Source of the DNA: Sminthopsis crassicaudata
Taxonomy: Eukaryota
Length of the DNA stretch: 64,000 bases
Assembly (NCBI RefSeq): GCF_048593235.1
Contig: NC_133619.1
Location: forward strand, 362,280,454-362,344,453
Reading direction: 5' to 3'
Within the stretch, counting starts at the first letter, position 1, and the number at the start of each line of letters is the position of its first letter. Below, one piece after another: positions 1 to 10,930 of this stretch. The notes under the pieces were generated by a model. It made no database searches. It had not been told where the DNA came from and saw only the letters and a program-made list of their open reading frames with translations. The translations under genes and the position numbers were made by a program.

Positions 1-2024
1 AGGATTATTATAAGAAGCAAAGGAGATAATATTTATAAAGTGTTCAGCATAATAGCTAGCATGTAGTAATTGTTTTAGAAAAGCGTATTCCATTTGTTTT
101 TTTTTTCCTTCTGCCTGTTTCAAAATTAGAATAATCTCCTCAGTTCATGTCCATCCTAACATCTCAAAAATGTGTAATATTATTAGAAAGGATAATCATA
201 AATGATTATCATATATCATATATATCATAAAAAGTAATCATAAATAAGGAGTCTGACTTTTAATATATGAGGAACTACAACAGTAACATGTCTTGCCCAA
301 GATCACACAATAAATTAGCAGTAGAGTTATTTGGCTCAGTTTAGCTTATGCTATCTTAATTAAGTCCCTGGGAGCTAAAGGCACACATTTTTTGAGATGG
401 TGGGTTGGTGTTGAAATTGTGCAGGAAGGACACTCTGTAGATCAGAAACTGAGGGAATCAAATTAAGCCATGTGGTATCCAAACTCTTCACTTTTACCCA
501 ATCATTACTAAACCCTAGCCACTTGGGCTCTGTAGCCCAGACTATAACACCAGGCACAATTGGTTTCCCTCAAATCTCTTTTCCATGAGCATTCAACTTG
601 ACTGTTAATTAGGGTGGGACTTTACAGAACTCAGTACAAAACTGAACACCTAAGTTATAAGCATGGGAGGTAACCCAAAGTTAAAACTATTAACCTTTTG
701 ATATCCTCATAATGTGATCTCAGCACTCACTCTTCCCTCAAAAAGCTACAGTTGTTCAATAAAGCAGTCTGAAGTTTCCAGAGGCAATGTTCCAAACAAA
801 TCTTCAGATTTAATTGGGACATAAATAAGCAACATGCAAGTCTGTGTAAGTATTATTGCCCCAACCAGACTGTAATGTTCCTTAAGGTTAGGGGTTATGT
901 CATTTCATGGCTGTCTTCATCCTTTTTGACTACTTTGCAGTTTGAGACAGCAATTCATCTTCTCCTCTTCTATTTCCCCTCCTCTTATGAGGCTGGCTTA
1001 AACCTGATTTTCCAACTTATCTGATCCCTCCTCAGTCTCTTTTGCTAGATAATCATAGATCTTCTGCCTTATTATGAATGGCAAAGGAACATTTAAGCCT
1101 TTACTTTGGGCCAAGTGCTAGCAATACAAACAGGAAAACAAGATAGTACTTGTTCTCAAGAAGCTTTTTATCTAATTGTGAGAGAACACATATTAGGAAA
1201 ATTCCACTACTGGACAAATGGAAAAGTTCATAAGTTCTAAGGATATATGGCATCAGTGTCTTGAAGAAAAAACATTAGGGTAAATGGTAATGTGTTGTTA
1301 ACCCTAGGATGCAGTGGAAGAGAAGATGGTACAATCCAATAGTCCTCCATCTTGCTGGAAGGACTATGGTCAGTGACTATCTGCTCATGCATGTTCCATG
1401 TACCAGGATGGAAGGGCTCAGTGGCTGAAAGTAGAGCAAGGATTTTAGGTTCTCTTCCTTAGGGTTTGGAATGAAAGGATTGTGTCAAGGAAAGAGGAGG
1501 AAAAAGGGGGGATTAGCAAGAAGGTTGAGGGAGAAGTATACCCTACTGTTCTTGCTCTCCTCGTTCCCTAATTGGGTCTGAGCAGCCAGGATGAGGGAGA
1601 AAAGATTGTTCTCTCTATCCTTTCTAGATATTTTTTTCTTAATAGTTTAGCAAATGGTCCTAAGTGTATTTATTTCTTTGGCCCTTTCTTCTAATCTGTG
1701 TATACCTTTTCTCTTGGTAACCTTTTATCTGCTAGCATGAGTTTAATTATTGTCATTTCACCTGACAGTCCTTCTGCACCCCTATTCCCTTTGTTAGTAA
1801 TATCTCCCATGTAAAATTTCCTTATACTTATTTCTCTATTATATCTCATTACCTTGGGATAGAATTAAGTTCCTTGGCGGTAGGGGTTGTTTTAATTCAA
1901 CATGTTCAAGATGGAACTCTTTATTTTATCACCACCACTTCAAAATCACTCTCCTCCAAACTTTCTTATTTTTGTTAAGGATAGTGGCATGGGATCATAG
2001 GATTCAATTTCTAAATCTTAAAAA

Positions 2025-2870
2025 GTCTAAATCCTTGACTCCATCCTTAATTCTTTCCTCTCCGTCAGCCTTTACATCCAACAAGCTGCCAATTCTTGTT
2101 GATTCTATATATACAATATTTCTTTAATTTGTCCCTTTTTCTCTATTCTCAGTCATCATGCTTGTAAAGGCCTTATCACCTCATACCTCAACTACTGTAC
2201 TAGCCTTCTGAAATATCTCCTTGCTTCATTCCTGAGGTCATAACCCATACTTCACTCCATAGTTTTCAAAATAACCTGACAGTATCCTTCTTGAACAAAA
2301 AGTTGCCTCATAGAAGCAGCAGAGACTGGAAGCTGCAAAAAGCCTCAAAAGCCATGTAGTACAGTCCTGTCAGGTTACAAATAAGGAAATTGAGGCCCAT
2401 AGAGGTTAAGAGATTTGCCTCAAATCACACAAATATTAAGTGGTAGAGCTAAGATTGGAACCCATGTCCCCTCATTCCAAATCCAGTGTTCTTTTCATGG
2501 CACCATATGCTACCTTTGGCTTCCCGGATAAAAAACAAACTCCATACTCTGTACTTAAAGCCCTCTATTAATCTGGTTTTAGTCTCCCTTCTCAACTTTA
2601 TTTCATATTATTCCCCTCATAAATTCTACATATTCATCAAAATGGACTGTACACCGTTCTCTTACCTCAACACGATATCTACCTCTTTTCCTATACCTGG
2701 AGTGCTCCCTCTTCACCTTCCTATCTCAGGAGTCTTATATGCCTCAAGTGTACAAGTCAGATGTCATTTCCTATGGTAAGTCTTTCCTCCCCTGCCCATA
2801 TACTATTAGTAATATCTCCCACCTAAAAATTCCTTATACTTATTCCTCTATTGTATCTCATGATAGAATT
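2025..2870 (+). mobile_element. L2 LINE 3' fragments, interrupted by a MIR
   Basis: Degenerate L2-like pyrimidine-rich segments (ggccttatcacctcatacctcaactactgtactagccttctg; tgtcatttcc...). Boundaries approximate. Confidence 0.55.
2325..2500 (-). mobile_element. MIR-family CORE-SINE
   Basis: Antisense core ttacaaataaggaaattgaggcccatagaggttaagagatttgcc... Confidence 0.65.
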
Positions 2871-2954
2871 GGGTATTGTTAGCTTATGGACGGTCTCACT
2901 CCAAGGAGGGAGCCTGGCTTCAGAGTAACCTCCCATTCTTTAAGGAGTAAGAAA

Positions 2955-3135
2955 ACAGGTGCGTCATATTACCTGATAGTGAACACTGACTTAACCATAT
3001 TAAGCCTCAGGTCCTTCATCTAAAAAATGGGGATAATAATCCCTGCAGTGTTTACCTTGAAGAGTTGCTTGCAAAGGCTAAATGAAATAACAAGAAATCT
3101 TAACAAATCTTAAATCCAAAAATATATGTCATCTA
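2955..3135 (+). mobile_element. MIR-family CORE-SINE
   Basis: Core gcctcaggtccttcatctaaaaaatggggataataat. Confidence 0.65.
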
Positions 3136-4175
3136 GCATCATAATTTTTAGAAGAAATCTTGGGGATTGATTATAGAATATTGATTAGCAGTAACTGGCA
3201 TAGAGGAAGAACTATAAATGCATGTACTATAAAACCAACAGGATCAGAAGATCAGAGTTTGAATTAGCCTTTTCCATCTGTAAAATGAGTATTAAATGTT
3301 TTCTAAACATAGTTTTTCCTATGATCCTTTTTTCTTTCTGGGGCTGAGGCATGGATGCTATGACCTCATGAAGTCAGCCATGGATTCCACTTCTTTATAA
3401 AATGCGTGTGTGCCAAAGGAGAGGGAAAGGCTTCAAAAACTTTTTTTAAAGCAAAAACCAAACAAAACCAATCCTTTAAAAGTCCTGACCCCATGTATCA
3501 GTGCCAGGAACAAAACAAAATAAAAAGAAAGAGAAAAGAAAACATCCTAAGTTCTTTCTGCTCCCCACGATGATTGGCTCTGGGCAGAGTTGTTAGGAGT
3601 ATTGAGAACAATGCTCGTGAATCATGGGCTGAGCATCTTAATATGTTTATTAATCTCACGACTTACTGCTGGAGTCTTTATGGTACACTGACCTTGAAAT
3701 GAGCTTCTTTCAAATCCCCTCAGACTAAAAAGTTTATGTGCTTAGCCCAGAACGCTCAGAGAAACTACCTCCTTGAGGTAAGGGACACAAATGTTTGGGG
3801 TAAAATAGCTCCATTAATATGCAGTCGTTAAGGCAAGGCAGGAAATCTGGACGTTATTAATAGCTCTCTAAAGGGGAATCGGGGTAATTTGCACACCCTG
3901 ACAAGGTGCAGAGTACGTGCTGATGGTAGTCTAGGTGAGGAGTCCCTTATGTCCACCAGCTGGAGTGCTGACAGCTCTCTTTAAACTGCCTGGGCTACTT
4001 TTCCATAGATTACATTTATAGCTTAGACCCACAACCATCTGTCCTTAACAGGAATCCCTTCCCCCAAGTTCTCTTTGTCATAGTGGGATTGTGGGTGGTA
4101 GAGGACAGGTAGAAATAGAGAAGGGATCAAGGAGTTGACAAGAGGAAGGAAGGGATGACTTATCCCCTGATTTAC

Positions 4176-4400
4176 GGAGATGATTAGATGGCATAATAGA
4201 GTACTAGGCTTGGCATCAGGAAGATTCATCTCCCTAGGTTCAAATCTGCCCTCAGACACTAGCTATGTGATTCTGGACAAGTCACTTAACCTTGTTTGCC
4301 TCAATTTCCTTATCTGTAAAATGAGAAGGAGATGGCAAACCAATCTACTATCTCTGCCAAGAAAATGTGGTCATGAAAAGTCAGATGTGACTGAAGTTAT
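4176..4400 (+). mobile_element. Mar1-type CORE-SINE (RTE-derived tail)
   Basis: tRNA-like head (ggttcaaatc), core caagtcacttaacc...ctgtaaaatgag, tail gatggcaaacc...gccaagaaaa...agtcagatgtgactgaa. Confidence 0.75.
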
Positions 4401-4624
4401 TTAGATAATATAAGGAATGCCCATTCTCACATAAACCTGTTCCTAGACCTTCTGAAGTCTGGGAATGAAAATAAGTTAAAAGAGAAATTAGATGGCATCT
4501 GCTGCAATGGAAAGAACAATGAATTTGGAGTCAGGGACACAAGGTTCGAATCCTATTTCAGCTTACAGCCTATGTAATTCTCAAAACCTCAATTTTCTCC
4601 TGTGCTTGTCATTATTCTTAACAA

Positions 4625-4830
4625 TAATAATTATAATAGCTAGTATTTAAAAAGAACCCACAAATATTATCTCATTTTATCATCAAAGCAAAGTTTAGAG
4701 GTAAATTCTAGACTAAGGTTAAGTGACTTGCCTAATGTCATACAGAACTGCTCAGCACCTGAGCTTGATTTTGAACTCAAGCCTTCCTGACTCCAGATCC
4801 AGGTTTTTCTCTGCCATGCCACCTACCTGT
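4625..4830 (-). mobile_element. MIR-family CORE-SINE
   Basis: attatctcattttatcatc...aggttaagtgacttgcc...ttgaactcaagccttcctgactccag. Confidence 0.65.
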
Positions 4831-5174
4831 TTAAATGAGAGGGTGATCAGAGGGTGATCTCTAAAGTTCATTCCAGATCAAAATATGATGATTCTTGAAT
4901 TAAGTGAAACCAGTAAGTTTGGTGATTAATAATACCACTCTTTGAATATGCTATCAGGCAAAAGAAAGAAATTCTACTACAAACTCACTGGGTAACCTTG
5001 GGCAAGGGCACCCTACTTTATGAGCCTTACTTTACTCCTCTGAAGATGATTGGTATAAGTCTCTATATTCCTTCATACACCAGGAAGGGACAGGAATACA
5101 AGATAAATAGAAAGGATTGCCAATGAGAGGCATCAGATACCAGAGTGGCCAAAAGAAATTAAGAAATGAGCTTT

Positions 5175-7040
5175 TTATAAAATATTTGGGAACCCATCCA
5201 CCAAAGCAAAGCCAGGAGCTATATGAACACAGTTACAAAACACTTTTCACACAAAACAGTTAGGTTTAAACTACTGGAAGGATATCAAGTGCTCATGGGT
5301 AGGCCACGCTAATATTATAAAATTGTCAATTCTACCTACATTAATCTACTTATTCAGTGCCTTACCAATTAAACTGCCAAAAAATTATTTTATAGAGGAA
5401 GAAAATGTATAACAAAATTCATCTGGAAGAACAAAACAATAAGAATTTCAAGGGAATTCATGAAAAAATGCAAAAGAAGGTGGCCTAACTGTACCAGACC
5501 TAAAACTGTAGTATAAAGTGGCAGTCACTTGGTACTGGCTAAGAAATAGAGTAATTGATTAATTGAATGGATTAGATCACAAGACAGAATAGTCAATGAC
5601 TATAGTAATCTAGTATTTAATAAACCCAAAGATTCCAGTTTTTAGGATAAGAGCTCAGTATTTGATAAAAATTGCTGGGAAAACTGTATGGCAAAAACTA
5701 GGCAATGACCAACATTTCATACCCTATACTAAGATATAGTCAATATGGGTTCATGAGTTAGACATAAAGGTGATACTATTATCAAATTACAAAATTAAGG
5801 GATAGTCTACCTCTCAGATCTGAGGAGAAGAGAGGAATTTTTGGCCAAAGAACTAGAGAACATTAAAAAATACAAAATGGATAATTTTGATTACACTAAA
5901 ATAAAAAGGTTTTGCCTAAACAAAACCAATTCAGTCCAAGATTAGAAGGGAAGAAGAAAGTGGTGGAGGATGGGAGGAAGAAATAGGAGGAGGGAATTTT
6001 ATAGCAAGTGTTTCTGATATAGGCCTCATTTCTAAAATATATAGAGAATTTATTCAAATTTATAAGAATACAAAGCATTCCCAACTGATAAATGGTCAAA
6101 GGATATGAATAGACAATAAGAAAAAGTACTCTCAATAACTATTGATTAGGGAATACAAATTAAGACAACTCTGAGGTACCATTTTACATCTCTCAGACTG
6201 GCTAAGATGACATAAAAAAGATAATGACAAATATTGGAGAGAATTTGAGAAAACTGGGACATTAATGCATAGTTGGTGGATTTGTAAAATGATCTAGCCA
6301 TTCTGGAGAGCAATTTGGAACTATGTAAAAAGAACCACAAAACTGTGCATTATCTTTGATCCATCAATGTCTCTCCTGGATATGTATCCTAAAGAAATCA
6401 TAAAAAAGGGAAAGGATCCATATATGCAAAAAAATATTTGTAGCAGCCCTTTTTGTAGTGGCATGGATCTGGAAATTTAGTGAATGCTCATCAGTTGGGG
6501 AATGGCTGAATAAGTTAGGGCATATGAATGTAATGGAATATTATTGTTTTATAAGAAATGATGAGTCTGTAAGAAAAATCTGGAAAGACATGAACTGATG
6601 CTAAGTGAAGTAAACAGAATCAGAAGACTGTACACAGTAACAGTGAGATTATGTGATCATCAGCTGTGATGAATTTGGCTCTTTTCGACAATGAGGTGAT
6701 TCAAGGCAATTCCAATATACTTGTGATGGAGAGAGCCATCTGCAATCAGAGAGAACTATGAAGGTTGAATGTGGATCAAAGCATAGTATTTCATCTTTTG
6801 TTATTGTTTGCTTGTTTTTTTTTTCTCTTGTGTTTTTCCCCTTTCTGGCTGATTTTTCTTGCATAGCATGATGAATATAGAAATATATTTTGAAGAATTG
6901 CATATGTTTAACCTATATGTGATTGCTTGCTGTCTTGGGGAAGGGGGATGAAGAGAGAGAAAAATTTGGAAGACAAGGTTTTGCAAAGGTGAATGCTGAA
7001 AACTACCTTTGCATGTATTTAGAAACAAATAAAGTTGACT
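5175..7040 (+). mobile_element. Older 5'-truncated LINE-1 (degraded ORF2 C-terminal half plus 3'UTR)
   Basis: Starts IKYLGTHPPKQSQELYEHSYKTLFTQ (L1 RT KYLG motif). ORF2-like sequence continues with many stops and frameshifts, then a 3'UTR ending in aaataaa near 7030. Confidence 0.9.
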
Positions 7041-7750
7041 TGTTACGGAACTGAATCATTAAAAAGAAAAGAAAGAAACGACCTTGTTGCTGAATAAGGA
7101 GCATCTGATATACTTTGTAACAAGGTGGCCTGGAGACCCTCATCAGCTTCTGTTCCCATTTTAGATATGGGGAGGACAAAACTAGATTTAGGAACTCATT
7201 AATTTATCAGGGATTGTCATTATGCTTCAATCAATCGAGTATTGGAGTATACTCTGTGTTTAATATCATGCTAGATGGTATTACTACATTTTTGTTATTA
7301 GCAATAAAATAATACTTCCTCAATCAGAGATGGTCCCAAACTATTAAAGAAGGTCTAAGACAAAAGAAATGGAAATTGTTGGTTGAGCTGGTTGAAAAAA
7401 AAAAAAAGGAATAAGGGGACAACAGATGAAATTAAATACTAATACTTGTGTTCTTTACCTCCAATTCTTTGAAAGATCCTGACCCAGTCTCTCTAAGGAA
7501 GGGACTAGTTCAAGTCTGCTACTCAGCTCATTCCTTCAAATCAAATTTTTAATGAGTATGGAGTATTGGTTGATTTTATTTATGGAGGAAGCTCTCTCTT
7601 CTCTTCTTAGATCATTAGTATGTCAGAACTGGACAACACATTTATTGAAAAATACAGGAGAAATAAGCAAAGATTGATAATGACAATTGCAGTTGGCCAC
7701 ACAGGTATCTCAACATTATACTGCAACCTATAAACCCACATCCATGAGTG

Positions 7751-7950
7751 AGAGAAAGACACAAACAGAGAGACAGACAGACAGATAGAAAGAGACAGAG
7801 GCAGAGAAAGACAGGGAGAGGCAGAGACAGAGACAGAGAAAGACAGAGAAGAAGGGAGAGAGCAGGGAGACGAGAGGAAAAGGTGAGGTGGAGGAAAGGG
7901 GACAGAAAGAGGGAGAAGGGGAGCAAAAAAAGAGGTAGGGGAAGGGAAAG
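7751..7950. repeat. Purine-rich GA/GACA low-complexity tract
   Basis: gagagaaagacacaaacagagagacagacagacagatagaaagagacagagg...; explains the spurious ORFs at 7607-7987. Confidence 0.9.
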
Positions 7951-8054
7951 TGAGAATAGACACTTTTAAGATTTCCTGAGGAGACAAATCTAATCCCCCA
8001 GACCCACTTAGTCTTCAGAACTTCTAAAGACTATAAGTAGTTCATTTACACTGT

Positions 8055-8170
8055 GCTGGCTCTGAAGGGGAAAGTGAGACAGGTGACTTTGCATAGGCTT
8101 CCCTCATTAAATCCAATTCACTTGCATGTCATGGTCTTCTTGGAGAAGGAAGGACAAACAACAACAATAA
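8055..8170 (+). mobile_element. SINE/LINE fragment with RTE-type 3' tail (Mar3-like)
   Basis: cctcattaaatccaattcacttgcatgtcatggtcttcttggagaaggaaggacaaacaacaac resembles marsupial RTE-related tails ending in (CAA)n. Family name uncertain. Confidence 0.5.
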
Positions 8171-9744
8171 CACCTGAGGACATGAACCTATTAGCTCTAA
8201 AAGAAGACTTGGCGCTTTGAAGAGATAAGATTCAGATTATTTTCTAGTTTAGGACTGAACAACAAAGCCATATTTGGTTAGAAACCTTCCCATGTCCTTT
8301 TCCAAATCTAGAAGCAATTCTCTTTCAGCATCTCCAGATGTGTAGGAAGGAAATCTCAAAGTCTCATTATGAGACATAGAATGGAGATCCGTGAGGATGG
8401 GCCAGTCAGCCTGGAGATCCTCATTAACCATTGTCCCCATTTCAGATGTGGCAAGGACAAAACTAGATTTGGAAAGTCATGAAAAGTTGTCAGAGTTCAT
8501 AATTATTGATCAATCAACTGATATGTATGTGTGTTGGAGTCTGTTATGTTCCTGTTTTATTTTTACTGGTAATAAAATAACAAACTTGATTAGATATGGT
8601 GCCAGACTTGCAAAGAAAACTCCAAATGGAGTTAGAAAGAGTAAGACACAACTGAATGACTAAACAACAAGGAGAAATCCTACTTTTATAAGAAAGAAAT
8701 TGAACAGAAGTCACCTTCTTGATGAAGAATAAAAAGTTAGGCAATAACACCCATGGGTATGGTCATACATGTCTGTTTTGTATGCTGCTAATGATTTCAA
8801 AACTGAAAAATACCCCCAACAATCCAAGGAAGGTTCTTTTACTGTGGTGGCTGTCTTTCAATGCCAGACCCTTTTGGGTGTGAGGAATTTTATTTCCTCT
8901 GTTCCTAATAACTGATTGGAAAGGTTGTTGATCTTGCTTTCAGTCTGCAAAAAAATTGAATCAGTTTCAGCTAATTAGACTAAAATCTCTAGGAGGGGAA
9001 GCGCTGGATTGACCATCGTTCTGTACCATCTCAGTTCTCACTGTACTGCTTACTAAGGAGCACTGAGCACAGTCAATAAATCAAGTAATCAATTCCTGAA
9101 GTTTTCTCTAGAAACTGACTGGTGAAGATGAAAAGGATAGTTATCAAACATCAAACTGTATAAAGATAAATTGTTCTACCTGACCTTTTTGAGAGGCTGC
9201 ATATAAAGATTCTCTAAGCACAGATCATTAATATGTTATAGCTGATATACCACTTAGAACTCATTCATTTATTTTATTCTTTCATTCATATCAAAAAGGG
9301 GGAAAAATGTACTTTAACTTCCTTCTATGATTCAGCACTAAGGAACACACATAAATATAATACATAGTCCCTATCTTTACAAAATCTGTAAACTATTAAA
9401 GGAGATAAGAGAAACAAAAATAATGATACTACAAAATAGATTGGGATGAGATTTTTCATCAGGCAAATATAAGGGGGCTAGAATCAATGGCCATTCTTTC
9501 TAACAAGATCTAAATCTATCATTCTAAGAGTAGGAATTATATCTCCTATATATTTTATTCTATACAGAATAGATAAATGCCCAGAAAAGGAAAATGACAA
9601 ATAAAAACAAAATTCTATCCATTCTTCAAGACCCCTCAAATCATGAGATCTTTTCCTGGCCATTCTAGTCCATTGGGATTTCTCTATCGCTGAGTATGGG
9701 ACTCAACAGTCTGTGAAACTTGAATACAAATGTGATACCAAATG

Positions 9745-9823
9745 CTTACTAGCTTAGCTATGTGATTTTGAGAAAGTTACTTAACTTTACAGTCTCAGTT
9801 TCCTTATCTGTAAAATGGGGGAT
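9745..9823 (+). mobile_element. MIR core interrupted by the solo LTR
   Basis: ctcagtttccttatctgtaaaatggggat resumes after the LTR as ggggataata at 10167. Confidence 0.75.
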
Positions 9824-10166
9824 TGTAAAGGGCTAGAACTGAGCAAATGCACTTGGATAATGAAGCACGTGAGACTAATTGCCAATTGGACAGTTCCCTA
9901 TTAACTTGTTTGAAGGTTGACCCTCCCCAGCTGTTCTGTGCTGACTTGATTGGTGCGACAAAGAGGGGGAAGGGACGTGTGTGGGGGGAGTAGGAGGAGG
10001 AAGAGGAAATTGAGACGCTCTCTCTCGCTCTCTTGGCCTTTGAGGGAGGAAGGTGTGTGTTGAGATTGCTAGATTTAATCCCCTGACCTTGACTGTAAAA
10101 GATCAAGAATAAAGATGTTTAGTGATCCTGACTCCAGCTGATTTCTGGGAAGACAGAGTTCCAGCA
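9824..10166 (+). mobile_element. ERV solo LTR (343 bp, TG...CA, 6-bp TSD GGGGAT)
   Basis: Begins TGTAAAG (9824) and ends CCAGCA (10166). GGGGAT flanks both sides (9818-9823, 10167-10172). AATAAA at 10108-10113, CACGTG at 9866-9871, CCAAT/ATTGG boxes present. Confidence 0.85.
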
Positions 10167-10619
10167 GGGGATAATATCATCAACTTCCCAGAGTTGTTTC
10201 TTAAAATGCTCACAGTACTTTGCCTGGACCTCTTCCCTATACTTATATCACTTTATCTTTATAGTGGTTCTTTACCATCCTCAACCCCCAACCCACGTCC
10301 AATAAGTCATACGTGCCTTAGAGCATTTTTTTCCAACTGCAGCTTAGCTTAGACTGAACTCCACAACATCAAGATACTCCTCCCAGGACAAATTGATCAC
10401 TAGAAGTCTCTCCATCATGATCTTTTTACTTCAACCTCAGACATATTCACCTTCCCAATTGCCTCAATATCCTCTTTCCTTCACTTGGGGAACTAGAGAG
10501 TACCAGACTGCCCAGAGTCTTACTGACAGAGGGCAGAATCTGGACTTTGAAGCTTACTCTACTTTCTATCTACGTTCTGCTTGGTCTGATCTCCACAAAA
10601 GATACTCCCTGGTGTCCAT

Positions 10620-10930
10620 CACCTCCTATATTCTTTCTGTATGCTGTCCTCCCCCATTAGATTTTTTTTTTTTTTTTTGAGGCTGGGGTTAAGTGACTTG
10701 CCCAGGGTCACACAGCTAGGAAGTGTTAAGTGTCTGAGACCAGATTTGAACTCAGGTCCTCCTGAATTCAAGGCTGGTGCTCTATCCACTGCGCCACCTA
10801 GCTGCCCCTCCCCATTAGATTTTAAACTCTTTGAGGGCAAGGATTATTTTTTGCCTCTTTTTTGTATCCCCAGTGCTTAGCATAGAGTAGGCACTTAATA
10901 CATGTTTATTGATTTATTTGTTGATTAATC
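10620..10930 (+). mobile_element. L2 3' end, split by a WSINE1 insertion
   Basis: cccattagattttaaactctttgagggcaagg...tgtatccccagtgcttagcatagagtaggcacttaatacatgtttattgatt is a typical L2 3' terminus. Confidence 0.75.
10666..10808 (-). mobile_element. Young WSINE1-type CORE-SINE with TSD
   Basis: Minus strand ggggcagctaggtggcgcagtggatagagcacc...gagttcaaatctgg...aaccccagcctc(A)n. TSD ccccattagatttt at 10652-10665 and 10810-10823. Confidence 0.9.

Noticed and set aside
7607-7987. Three overlapping ORFs (126, 94 and 73 aa)
   Set aside because: They are artefacts of the GA-rich low-complexity tract (S/L/C- or R/E-rich translations).
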